A stretch of 64,000 bases of DNA from Zootoca vivipara (taxonomy: Eukaryota): assembly GCF_963506605.1 (NCBI RefSeq), contig NC_083278.1, forward strand, positions 90,644,001 to 90,708,000, read 5' to 3'. Below the pieces are notes generated by a model that did no database searches, was not told the DNA's origin, and saw only the letters and a list, made by a program, of their open reading frames with translations. Below are positions 52,280-64,000 of this stretch, piece after piece; position 1 is the stretch's first letter, and the number at the start of each line of letters is the position of its first letter. Both the position numbers and the translations under genes were made by a program.

Positions 52280-53723
52280 CACGGGTGTCAAACACAAGGC
52301 CTGGGGGCCTAATCTGGCCCGCCAGACCTCGTCATGTGGCCCGCGTAGCCGCCACCGACAATAGCCGCCGACAGTAGTTCTGGAGCCTGCGATTGGCTGA
52401 GGGTCAAAACCAGGGGCGGGGCTGCAGGCGGAGGCCGGGGCGCTGGAGCCGCGCTGACGGCCTTGGCCAGGGAATTTCAATTTCGAATGAGGCTGAGGGA
52501 GGCGGTGGCACAGCCACCAGACGGGGAAGTGAGATGCAGGAGGAGGAGGAGGAAGCCCGCCAAGGAGGTAGGGAAGCCCTACAGGCGCCGCCGGCAAAGT
52601 TGGTGCCGGGACGGAGCAGCGCTGGATTTTTTTTGGGCGGGATTTGCTGTTGTCTCAGAGAGCGAGTGAGGCGGCACTGGGGAGCCGCCGCCCGCCGCTT
52701 CCCTTCCTCTCCTCGGCTGCATCCGGGAGGTGGGCGAGCGAGCGGGCGAAAGGGACGCGGAGTGAGCCTGAGGGGGAAGTAGGCGAAGCGCAACAGCCGC
52801 TCTCTTGATGGAGCCGGGTTTCTCTTCCCTCTTCCCCCGTTTTCTCCTCATAGACACTCGGGAGGGTGCCTGGCTTTTGCTCTGCCCCCCACCCCCGAGC
52901 CGCCCTTTGGCTTCTCAGTTCCGGCGGAACTGCTCCCCGGGGGGCGGCCGGGAGGGAGGCGGCGGCACGGGTTCCTGCTCTTCCCGCTCTGCCGCCGCCT
53001 CCTCTCAGCCCCTCGTGATGTAGGGCTCCAGATGGAGTCGCCTCGCGGTTTGAGTAGGTGGGAGGGGAATTTTTTTTGGGGGGGGAGGTTTTCAAGCCTC
53101 CTCTGCCTGAAGTCCGGGTAGGGAGAGGCGGCGGCGAAGACGACAACAGCGCGGGTGGGGGAAGAGCAGCTCTGAGGCGAAGATGCACGTCCGCTGGGGC
53201 TGCCGCCGCCTTCCTCCTCGGGAAGTCCGCTGCCCTCCCTCAGCGTGAGGGGAAGGGACTATGGTGCTGAGGAGGGAGGATGCAAAAGCAAAGCAGGGAG
53301 TTGGTGCTGCACCGCATGTTCCTGCCCCTCTCCAAAGCATGGCGTGGGTTGCAGCGTGTGGCATCCTGCCTAGCGGGGTTTGGGTGTGCGGAGGGCGGGA
53401 GAGGGAAGCCCTCTTTCCATCTGCAGGTTTTTAATCCCAGCAGTGGCTTTCTCCTTCCTGCCGAAGGTTTAGTTGATCCCCACCTTTTGTTCAAATTTCC
53501 CTCGTTTACATCCCCTCCCACACACGCGCCACGACGCAGGAATGTGATCCGCGTGGGGGCGGGAATGAGCTTGCATTATTACAAAAAACAGTAATAATTG
53601 AATGCAGTGACAATAATTTATGATAATAAAGAGTGGACACATAGTCCTACAGACACAACCGGCCCTTTGAGGGTGACCAAACTGCTGAAGCGGCCCCCGA
53701 TGAATTTGAGTTTGACACCCCTG
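52280..53723. mobile_element. Non-autonomous hAT (Charlie/Buster-like) element, 1444 bp, carrying a GC/CpG-rich promoter-like interior (Pack-TIR-like)
   Basis: TIRs CACGGGTGTCAAAC / GTTTGACACCCCTG (13/14 match). Identical 8-bp TSD CCCTAGAT at 52272-52279 and 53724-53731. No transposase ORF. Confidence 0.88.
52380..53560. promoter_or_regulatory. CpG-island-like segment with CCAAT box, GC box and ETS motifs, inside the hAT element
   Basis: Dense CpG against an AT-rich background. ATTGG at 52392-52396, GGGGCGGGGC at 52413-52422, GGAAGT at 52525-52530. Activity unknown. Confidence 0.5.
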
Positions 53724-53929
53724 CCCTAGATCCATAATGTGATGATTTCACATACTGTGCTGAGCTGTTAGGCTGTTGCTGATTTGGTGATATTGGACCA
53801 CCTTGTTTGCTGGGTGTATCTGGTTTATAGAAGAACTCACCATTGTTCAATGCACTATTTGAATATATAACAACTGTAAAATTGAGTTTCATTTATCTAA
53901 AATATCTGGAACTGATATTATTTAGGCAT

Positions 53930-54188
53930 TAGGTAAAGGGGGCCCTGACCATCAGGTCCAGTCGTGTCCGACTCTGGAGTTGCGGCGCTCATCTCGCTCT
54001 ATAGGCCGAGGGAACCGAGGAGCAATTGCCGGTCGACAAAATCAATCGAAAAAATGGAGAACCATGCCTCGTAAGCCGTTCGACTTCTGAGGCACATTCA
54101 AAAATGGAAGCATTCACTTCCATGTTGTCGGCGTTCGAAAGCTGAAACGTTCGACTTCTGAAGTGTTTGACAACTGAGGTTCCACTGT
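53930..54188. mobile_element. Sauria SINE 3' fragment fused to a Tc1/mariner-type MITE half ending CCACTG|TA
   Basis: AGGTAAAGGG..GTCGTGTCCGACTCTGG SINE tail on the minus strand, followed by GTTCGACTTCTGA repeats and a GAGGTTCCACTGTA terminus. Confidence 0.7.
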
Positions 54189-55119
54189 ATATACAATGCA
54201 CTTCAAGTAAATGAGAAAACAAATCAAAACTTCTTTACTGCATACCTGACAGTTTTCTAGCAAAAGGGACACAGTGAATCTGGGTAACAATGAGAGAGTT
54301 CTGTTTTCTGATGCAGGGAAAGCTAACAGGGAAGCACTTCCTTGGATTTTTTAAAAATGCATTTCAAGAGCTATTACAACAATAACAACTCCTGGTTGTA
54401 AAAATATGTGGTGTAAGAGCAAAGAAACTCCACTGCTCCACCCCCACCCCGTGGATTATGCATAGTTTTAATAGGATCAATTGGACTAAGCCATGAGGTT
54501 ATCAGAAATTTCTAACCGTATGCCAATAACTTTCTCTGCAACAGCTTAACAATCTGGAACAGTGAAGCAGAAATAATTCTGCCGGCTAATAGGAAAGTTG
54601 AGACAGAAGGCAGTAACAGCCTACTTTAATCTTTTCAGATAAAAAATAACATTAACAGGCTCTTGGAAACTTTATTTGAATTCATAATGTACACAATATC
54701 CCTAGTCCAAAAGATTATTTCTTATCAAAACTGAATATTCGACTACAGTAGAATTAAGTTCTGTGTCCTTAAATGTGTTCTTTGGCTAAGCCACTTCCTT
54801 CTATAGAGACATGGAAAGGGAATCCAGTTTCATGAAAAATACCATCTATTAGGATTTAGTCACAAGACTGTAAATGCTTGCAGAAGGATTTAACCCACTA
54901 TGAGCATTCCGTCTTACTGTGTGAGGTTTAAACCATGCGAGTATAATGTGGTCTCCATATAGCTGATTTTCCATTCTGCCTGATGCAGAGTTCAAAGTAC
55001 CATTTAGTAGCCCAAACGGGACCAGAAAGTATTTATTGCACCAAACAAAATCAGCAATAAGAAAAAAGAAAATATACCACCTTAACAATTCACTCATATT
55101 GCAGTCCGTAGATTTACAT

Positions 55120-55540
55120 TCAGATAAGTAGCCGTGTTGGTCTGACACAGTTGAAATAAAAAATAAAAATAAAAAATTGACCTGTAGCACCTTAGAGACC
55201 TTGCTGATCAGCAGGTCGGCGGTTCAAATCCCCGTGACGGGGTGAGCTCCCGTTGCTCGGTCCCAGCTCCTGGCAACCTAGCAATTCGAAAGCACGTCAA
55301 AGTGCAAGTAGATAAATAGGGACCGCTCCAGCGGGAAGGTAAATGGCATTTCCGTGTGCTGCTCTGGTTCGCCAGAAGCAGCTTTGTCATGCTAGCCACA
55401 TGGCCCGGAAGCTGTCTGCGGACAAACGCCAGCTCCCTCAGCCAATAACATGAGATGAGCGCTGCAACCCCAGAGTCGGTCACGACTGGACCTAATGGTC
55501 AGGGGTCCCTTTACCTTTACCTTTAAGGTGCTACTGGACA
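55120..55540. mobile_element. Second Penelope-like inverted remnant with its centre replaced by a Sauria SINE
   Basis: GTAGCCGTGTTGGTCTG..GTAGCACCTTAGAGACC on the left and TTAAGGTGCTACTGG on the right. 12-bp TSD GTAGATTTACAT at 55108-55119 and 55541-55552. Confidence 0.75.
55201..55521 (+). mobile_element. Sauria SINE (head truncated) lying in the centre of a Penelope-like remnant
   Basis: Body and (ACCTTT)n tail match other copies. Confidence 0.9.
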
Positions 55541-56026
55541 GTAGATTTACATGTTAGAGTCACTCTCTTCTGACTCTATGAAACTTTTTACTTTGACTTT
55601 TCCTTGGTTGGCTAATTTTGTGTTCTTTTGGAGATAATGTTACTTGGTCATTAACCCTCCATCAGCTGCAATGCTATGCATATTGATAAATCTTTAACAT
55701 TTCTTCCTCGCCCTTTGCAAATATGTTTTCACAGCTCCATTCTCATCCAGGACTGAAACATTCTCTCAGCTTTTTATGATAGCTTCCTCTGCTTTGTCTG
55801 GAGACATCAAAATGAAATACCTTGGATACCACAGTTCACTTTAAGAAGCTCTGAGCAATGCGCTGGCAAATCACTTCTTTCTCCATTCCACAACAGCTGA
55901 AGCCTGCATACTGCAAGCATCACCTGATTGACAGGTGGGCATGGTTTGGGGGGAAATGGCATGTGTCAACTGGACCCCTTGACAGGCCAGAACAGGCCCA
56001 CAGGCTGGAAGTTTCCTAACCTAAAG

Positions 56027-56152
56027 CAGGGTTTCCCAAACTTGGGTCTCCAGCTGTTTTTGCATTACAATTCCCATCATCCATGATGTCAGCTATGGAT
56101 GATGGGAGTTGTATTCCAAAAACAGCTGGGGACCCAAGTTTGAGAAACCCTG
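56027..56152. mobile_element. Palindromic hAT MITE (CAGGGTTTCCCAAAC TIR variant)
   Basis: TIRs; TSD ACCTAAAG/CTCTAAAG. Confidence 0.85.
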
Positions 56153-57777
56153 CTCTAAAGTAAGGCAACATCCAAGCCCACAATGGAGTAGCGTTGTTCT
56201 GCTGTTCTGTTTTCTAAAAACCGGACTGGATAAGTAAGTTTTCTGTTGTAGAGGAAAAGGTAATAAGTGTTTTCTTAATGGTTCCCTAATGAAATCCATT
56301 GGCTCAGCACTGCTGAGGTAATAAAGGATACATTTTAACTAGCACTGGATGGGCACACTGGAGGTACATCAAGGAAACATACAGTAGATCATCATTGTGC
56401 TGAAGCAACAGAAAAACCCCCCAAATGAAACAGAATATTACGTTTACTGGAAAAAGTATGGTAGAAGCCATTACAACTATACGTATACTGAACTTTGTTG
56501 GCTCCTCCCACAACGTATTTGTTAAAAGGTAGTAAATACACACAAAATCTAATATTACAGTTCAGATACGTAATTTTTTTGACATTGTTTCTTTCTTAGG
56601 ATGAGTTATAACAAAACACTTTTGTACCACCCCTCTCCAAAACTGGAGTTTGAATTGTTCAAAGGAAGTGCAAATAAATTGCGTAACAGAAAGAGCCACA
56701 AGAAATTCAAGAATGTATCTGAACAAATCAAAGATCTGCAATGTACTGAACTATCAAATGAACCCCCCCCCCGCCGCCCCCCCCAAAAGAGGCATGGTGC
56801 ATTGACATCAGAAGTCTTCCCTGCAGTAAAAGAGAACAGTATCAGAAGTAGAGCCTGAGGGACTTGACAGTGTGAAGATTTTAATAGGCAGCTCTTCAGC
56901 AAAGGTATTCTGACCATTTCTACATTAGCTTTGGAAGCACATTTGCCCTGTTTTGGCTGGTAAAATTGCATTAGAAGCAAAACTGGATTATTTCCATCTT
57001 GAGCATCCTTAATCTGACTTCTTAAAAGAAAAAGAAAAAGCTTCAAGTTAATATTACAACCTTTTAAAGGTTGTCAGTTCCAATTTGCTACCTTAAAGAG
57101 ACACCAATATACATCTTTTAAATTCTTCAGGCTTTCACATTCCTAAAAATTATTAAGCACATTACAGTTCAAAGGAAATGGAGTAAGCAAGTGGAAATCA
57201 AAGGATGGTTCAAGCATGCATGAAAATAATGAAACGACATGGAGAACAGATGGCTGTTTCTGCCTGGCAGTTACGCTCAGAACTTTGCCATTAAGGCCCA
57301 ATTATTTGAAGACATTTTGACATATATTGTACTTTTAAACATCAAACTGGTATGTTCACCATGAACTTTCCAAACCTAACCTTAAATCTATGAACAGTTT
57401 TGAAAGGATCATGGCCCTTTTCCTGATGTTAAAGAAACAGCCCCCCCCCCACCACCACCACCACCACCGAGATAACTCTTGTTCAAGCCAAAATAGCCAA
57501 TGAGCCACTATAAAGAAGAGCAGGGGGTATCTGATGCTGTGCACTTTGCTGACAGAAGACATAAGATAGGTGAAAGAGGGGGAGATTTTCTCTCTCCTCT
57601 GAAGCACCCTGCACCTTCAAAATCTGCTCTGGGCTCCACAACCCCCCAGAGCAAATTTAGGGAAGTTCAGGGACTGGTGGGGGGCAGTCACTAAAAATTG
57701 CATCCTTCCCTGTTCTTCTCACACCTTCCATCAGCAAAGCGACAGCACTGGATACTACACAATATATAAGACAGGTC

Positions 57778-57937
57778 NNNNNNNNNNNNNNNNNNNNNNN
57801 NNNNNNNNNNNNNNNNNNNNNNNNNNNNNNNNNNNNNNNNNNNNNNNNNNNNNNNNNNNNNNNNNNNNNNNNNNNNNNNNNNNNNNNNNNNNNNNNNNNN
57901 NNNNNNNNNNNNNNNNNNNNNNNNNNNNNNNNNNNNN
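57778..57937. other. Assembly gap (160 N)
   Basis: Run of N. Confidence 1.
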
Positions 57938-58221
57938 ACTATTCCCTCCAAGGCATAAAATACCAATTCTGCAAGCATCCACTTACATAGCAGTTCATGT
58001 GACACCAAAATAACTTATGTGATTTGAAGAATTTGAAACCTTTGCAACAAAGCAAAGAGGTCGCTGACTCTTAAGATGCTTTCGAAATGTGCTGTGTTTC
58101 TTGCCTTCGGGCAGGAGGGAGGATTTTACTGTATTATCTGGTATTGCAGTATTTTAGTTTCATTGTTTGTACACACACACACACACAATATTCTTTTTGT
58201 AAACTGCTTAGACTGTCCTGG

Positions 58222-59367
58222 TGTTGTTGTTGTTGTTTAGTTGTTTAGTCGTGTCCGACTCTTCGTGACCCCATGGACCATAGCACGCCAGGCACTCCTG
58301 TCTTCCACTGCCTCCCGCAGTTTGGTCAAACTCATGTTGGTAGCTTCGAGAACACTGTCCAACCATCTCGTCCTCTGTCGTCCCCTTCTCCTAGTGCCCT
58401 CAATCTTTCCCAACATCAGGGTCTTCTCTTCTCATGAGGTGGCCAAAGTATTGGAGCCTCAGCCTCAGGATCTGTCCTTCCAGTGAGCACTCAGGGCTGA
58501 TTTCCTTCAGAATGGATAGGTTTGATCTTCTTGCAGTCCATGGGACTCTCAAGAGTCTCCTCCAGCACCATAATTCAAAAGCATCAAATCAATTCTTCGG
58601 CGATCAGCCTTCTTTATGGTCCAGCTCTCACTTCCATACATCACTACTGGGAAAACCATAGCTTTAACTATACGGACCTTTGTTGGCAAGGTGATGTCTC
58701 TGCTTTTTAATATGCTGTCTAGGTTTGTCATTGCTTTTCTCCCAAGAAGCAGGCGTCTTTTAATTTTGTGACTGCTGTCACCATCTGCAGTGATCAAGGA
58801 GCCCAAGAAAGTAAAATCTCTCACTGTCTCCATTTCTTCTCCTTCTATTTGCCAGGAGGTGATGGGACCAGTGGCCATGATCTTGGTTTTTTTGATGTTG
58901 AGCTTCAGACCACATTTTGCGCTCTCCTCTTTCATCCTCATTAAAAGGTTCTTTAATTCCTCCTCACTTTCTGCCATCAAGGTTGTGTCATCTGCATATC
59001 TGAGGTTGTTGATATTTCTTCTGGCAATCTTAATTCTGGCTTGAGATTCATCTAGTCCAGCCTTTCGCATGATGAATTCTGTATATAAGTTAAATAAGCA
59101 GGGAGACAATATACGACCTTGTTGTACTCCTTTCCCAATTTTGAACCACTCAGTTGTTCCATATCCAGTTCTAACTGTAGCTTCTTGTCCCACATAGAGA
59201 TTTCTCAGGAGACAGATGAGGTGATCAGGCACTCCCATTTCTTTAAGAACTTGCCATAGTTTGCTGTGGTCGACACAGTCAAAGGCTTTTGCATAGTCAA
59301 TGAAGCAAAAGTAGATGTTTTTCTGGAACTCTCTAGCTTTCTCCATAATCCAGCGCATGTTTGCTAT
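58222..59367 (-). mobile_element. BovB (RTE) LINE, 5'-truncated, disrupted RT
   Basis: Same RT motifs (YADD) and very similar to the copy at 32042-33393. 5-bp duplication near 58583-58592 and a short deletion near 58424. No clear TSD. Confidence 0.95.
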
Positions 59368-59667
59368 CTTTAACTTAACACAGGTATTTATGAAAATTGC
59401 AGGTGGTGGGCACCATCTTGGAAAATGCATTATCTTTCCCTCCCCCAACACTGTTATACAAGATGCCTCTTCAAAGAGGTTGCCTGCTATAACACACATA
59501 TCCATCGCTATAACAAAAATAAGGTATATTTTCCCTCCAAACTATTGTTTTTAATTCATTTGCCAATTCTTGCAGATTTAATTAAAACTTTTTATCCAGC
59601 TAAGATTTCCTTAGTAAGATGATGACAATCCTAGTTCCTTTCATTTCAAACTAAATACTCCAAGTAG

Positions 59668-60378
59668 AATAGCAAGGACAAATCAGTCCCGAGCACATCC
59701 AGTCCCTGCTAAGGAGGACATGCAACTGGAAGTTTAGTTCTTTATTGGCAAAGCAATTGAATACATCAGCTCCTAAGTGCAAGAATCCCAAACTCTTGTT
59801 AAATAGCTAGCTGGGCATCTCCTTCCTCTGACCTGTGCTCCATCTCAGAAGTTGGGGCAACAGAGCACCATGCCTCCTCCAGACCATTTAAACCAGTGAT
59901 GGCCAAACTAGGCCCTCCAGGTTTTGGGACTACAACTCCCATCATCCCTAGCTAACAGGACCAGTGGTCAGGGGTGATGGGAATTGTAGTCCCAAAACAG
60001 CTGGAGAACCAAGTTTGGCCATCACTGATTTAAACCCTCTCTTCTGATGTGGTGTGCGCAAGCAACTTCCCCTGTGAGGCATCTCCACCTGCTCCTGTCC
60101 CCGCTTTAAGCCCCTCCTTGACCTTGGAGACTGTGGGGAGGGAATGGAGGGGGTTCTAAGGATTCAACTCTCTCTCTCTCTAAAATGTCTCTTCCACCTC
60201 TGCGCCTCCCTTCAGCTCTCCCTCTGCCTGCTTTTCTTCTGTCTCTGTCTGCCCAGCTTCTTCCTCTCCCCCTGCCTCACAGGGAGCACCAAACCCCACA
60301 AACCCCACCGGCTCCTTCCCCTGGGCCACCCTCCTGCCCTCCTCTGCCCACCCTTCAGACTCCTGCCTGTCGCTGACA
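59668..60378 (-). mobile_element. Putative degenerate solo LTR (Gypsy-like), interrupted by the MITE at 59894
   Basis: Minus strand begins TGTCA, then a purine-rich U3-like tract, TTTAAAT and AATAAA; 3' end and TSD unclear. Confidence 0.35.
59894..60027. mobile_element. Palindromic hAT MITE (CAGTGATGGCCAAAC TIR variant)
   Basis: TIRs; perfect TSD ATTTAAAC. Confidence 0.9.
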
Positions 60379-63300
60379 AAATTGCACAATGGCCAGAAGA
60401 AAGCCATCACTGCAGAAACAACTGCAAGGGTTGGTTTTGCATTTCATTATCAGTTGCCTTTTTCGCCAGTTGCTTTTGTTCTCAAGCCTCGCTTGCACCT
60501 CACCCAAATCTCTTCATATCACTACACCACACAAATGTAATCTTGTGCACGTTAAAAGTAATTTAACATCTTGCTCAGTGACAGTTTTGAGACATTGGCA
60601 TGTGGCCGACTTGCAACTGATACCACGGTTTAAATACCTTCCCAGCAAAGTTGCACATTAACTTCAAAATACTCTAGGATTAAATATGTTTTTGTTTCAG
60701 TTACAAAGCTAATGAAAACCAAATGTCTGAATTTGTTTAAGCTCATGTAATACACCAGGGATTTCACTTAAAAGAGCAAGGTTTGAATAAACTTCCATTT
60801 GCTCAGATGAACACACAGAGCCAGCACTACACTATGCACAGATACGAGACATTATCGACCAAGTTTAACACAGGGAGAAATATTTGATGTTTAAGTTCCT
60901 GGCTGAAATTGCTTCAGACACATAATATTTGAATATAAGATTTACTGAATTGTACATGTATTTCAAAACTGCAAGTTGCCCACTGCAAGAAGATTCAGAG
61001 TGCAATCCTATATACATGTATTAACCAAGGTGAAACCCAATGAGTTCACTGGGTCTTACTCCAGGGTAAATGAGTATAGACAAGTCAGTCTATTAACGTC
61101 CTAGAGAAAACACTCCACATCAAGCTGTGACAACTTTAATTTTAAGAAGTTTTGAATGTGTGCCACTTGTTTTTAAGAAGTCAGCAAGAGCTGTTGAGAA
61201 CAGTAAAATCAAAGTACTGTACATGCGACAGTACTTGTTCTAAGGAAGATACGCGAGGAATCTTTTATTTCAACATTTGTATCCCACTTTTCCACATCAA
61301 AAGATCTGCAAAGCAGCCTATAACAAAATTGAAACGTACCATTAGAGAGAGAGAAATCAAAACTAGCAGCATAACTAGTGAAACTCAAACAAAATTAAAC
61401 CATTTAGTCAAAAACAGTAAGGAAGCAGAGCTGTTAAGACAGCAAATCCACATATTGATCAAAGTAAGTTTTAACTCTGTGCCGAACAGTAAAATCCTAT
61501 ACATTATTCTACTCAAAAACAAGTCATATTGGGTTCAATGGGGTTTACTCTTAAGTAAGTAGGTACAATCAGTGTCACCTTAGTCAATGTTAAGTGCCCT
61601 CCCCTCTTGTCTAAGGAAGGCATTTCACAGACATGATGCTATGTACTACATGATGGCTATGTACTACTTCCAGGAACAGAGGCTGCATCCTTCTCAATAT
61701 GTTGCTGGGAAGCACATGTTCTCTCTCAGGTACCCAGAGAAGTAACTCTGCTAAAACCCATCACACATTCATATGGGAAACAGCAGTCCTTCAAATAATC
61801 AGGTCTCAAATGAATTGGGGTTTTAACATCAGAATTTTGAAATGTGTCCAGGAACAATTTGGTGCACTGCAGATCTTTCAAGAGTGACAAAATATGCTCA
61901 AACGGGCAAATTTAAAGTCAGGAACCCCAGCAGAATAGCATAATATATAGCACAATGGCTCAGCAGGGGAATAAATCAATAAAAATCTTTAGCTAGCCAA
62001 ACAACTTGCTCTAAAGTTTGCCTGGAATCTCAAGGCTGAAATAGATTAACCATAGGACATGTCACTGAAAAACTCACGCAAAAGTTTTGCCAGGTTTTGT
62101 TCCTGCAATAAAATTCTGCCTTCCACAACATTTTAGGATTGGCACAGCATTCCAGGCAGCTGTTGAAGATATGGAGCAGTACATATTTGGCTCATGATCT
62201 AAGGTGATGAAGAAACACATTACGGGTTTTATCCAATTCTGATGTGTTTCCAGCCTGAGCTCTTTCAGAGCTATGGCCAACATTGGTTGTGAAGGATGAT
62301 TTATAATTTTACACATGCTCTTCCACAGCAATGCTTTTATCAGTTTATACAGTGTTTCACAGTTAACCACTTGTTGTCTGAGGTTTCGGAGATGAGCAGC
62401 ACTCCGATGACTGAAGCAGTCGGGATTTTCATCTGCTGCTTGAAATACTGACATCCATAAAAGTAATCTGAGCAGACTTGACTTTACCTCAGAGTAGACA
62501 GATTGTTCTAATTTTATCCTGTACATTAAAGCAATATATATATAGGTAGAGTGTACTACTGAACAACAGCAAGCACTGGTTTTCAAATGGGTAAAAAGCA
62601 GCAGAATAAAAGTACCTTATTAAGATCAGCACTGATGAAATTTCAAAATATTTTTTAAAAATTAAAATTCAATTGGGGTTATTTTATTATTGCCTTTTAG
62701 CTGGTACTGGTAGAGAGGCTAAGACACCATCCCACAGAAGAAATTAAGCTTGTAGCTCTATTTTGGTGTGCATGAAAACAGGTATGACTTTCCAACTTCA
62801 GATAAGAAGCCACCACCTCCAAAGCCAACACAAAACTGAAATAAAGAAGACTGGGGTAAGGGTGAACACTGCTGAAAAGGGAAAGGCGAAAGCAAGCACC
62901 ACATGTGTTTTCTTCAGAACTGATCCAAAATAGTTTTCTTTACATCTTGCTAGTCACTTTCTAGAAGGCCATAAATAAATCACAGACATTTTTTAAGTAG
63001 TGCTTGAAGCCAGCTATCGGGGGGGGGGGGCAGCTTTCAAGCCATAAAAAGCACTAGAGGCAAAACAATATTCAGATGTGAATGTATGCCAAAGTGAAAA
63101 CCTATATTTTAAGAACCCTTTTGGACAAAGAAGCATGCATGATGTGCAGGCATGTCTGAAGCCAATGTGACACATTAGAAAGCAAGCAGGAACAAGTTTC
63201 TCAGACATAGCAGTCTACTTCATCAGTGGCTGGTTCCAAAAACTGTAAAGCTGCAATCTTAGGGATATTTACTAGCAAGCAACCCCCACTGAACTTGGGG

Positions 63301-63720
63301 AGGCTTACTTCCAAGTAGTGCAAGGCTCTAAACATCCACATAAAACTGTCAATGGGACATTACATTCAATACTTGCATTCAGTTTTTTTACAGACATCTT
63401 TTAGTTACCAATAGAAAAGTTTCAGAGGACTATTGTTTACGATAATGACAAACCTTGGGACAGCTTATCTTCTTAGGTAATTAAAGCATTGTGTAATCTA
63501 GCTAAATCTTTACTCCTGCAATTAAACTCCAACAATAGGAATTTTAAAATTTCTGGCAGTCTCAAGCAAAGCTTACCTAGCTAGTCATTAAGATACTATG
63601 GTGATGCAGAGCTTTAGATGTGAAGATATTAATTCAACCTTTCCATCTCCTAGGGCTGCAATCCTAGATGTACACTTATCCGAACATATATATACTTCCA
63701 AATAAACAAACCTGCTGACA

Positions 63721-63721
<1 letters not shown>

Positions 63722-63778
<57 letters not shown>
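63722..63778. repeat. (TG)n microsatellite
   Basis: Direct read. Confidence 0.95.
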
Positions 63779-63780
<2 letters not shown>

Positions 63781-63934
63781 TTACTCTCTTTTTCTTCTCA
63801 TTTTCTAAGAAAGAAGCTACAAATTATGAGAACTTATTACCACACCATGGTCATGAAAAAATGGGCTGTTGCTATGTTGTTTGCTAATACCACAATTCTT
63901 AATTAAATATGCAGTTATCTGAAGTCACACATAA

Positions 63935-64000
63935 AAGGTAAAGGTAAAGATAAAGGACCCCTGACAGTTAAGTCCAGTCGCGAACGACTCTGGGGTTGCG
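63935..64000 (-). mobile_element. Sauria SINE 3' end, cut by the window edge
   Basis: AAGGTAAAGGTAAAG..GGACCCCTGACAGTTAAGTCCAGTCGCGAACGACTCTGGGG. Confidence 0.85.

Noticed and set aside
52380-53560. CpG island as the native DISP1 promoter/exon 1, and its many GC-rich ORFs as genes
   Set aside because: It is enclosed by hAT TIRs and a perfect TSD, and I found no strong minus-strand splice donor. The ORFs are low-complexity products of high GC content.
62074-62586. 170-aa minus-strand ORF as an exon of an upstream neighbour gene
   Set aside because: No recognisable domain, non-ATG start and no convincing splice pair.

Overview
This window is vertebrate genomic DNA, almost certainly from a squamate and most likely a lacertid lizard, judged from Sauria SINEs, Squam3-like SINEs, young BovB LINEs and lizard-type hAT and Tc1/mariner MITEs. 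It holds the 5' half of DISP1 (Dispatched RND transporter family member 1, Hedgehog release) on the minus strand. Six coding exons are present with canonical GT-AG sites and continuous phase: 25122-25633, 7872-7901, 5550-5673, 2564-2691, 1474-1571 and 95-192. The gene continues past the left edge. A candidate 142-nt 5'UTR exon with a short uORF lies at 35438-35579. The rest is intronic or upstream and TE-rich, with a 160-N assembly gap. Main hunt results: (1) the only large CpG island (52280-53723) lies entirely inside one hAT transposon with TIRs and a perfect 8-bp TSD, i.e. a Pack-TIR-like mobile promoter candidate; (2) a 146-bp near-perfect palindrome from a Penelope-like element whose hammerhead core appears deleted; (3) an unexplained GC-rich, coding-like 0.4-kb segment in a DISP1 intron (retrocopy or cryptic exon); (4) paired palindromic MITEs bracketing a frame-critical DISP1 exon. 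Family names and human comparisons come from recalled sequences; no database searches were run.
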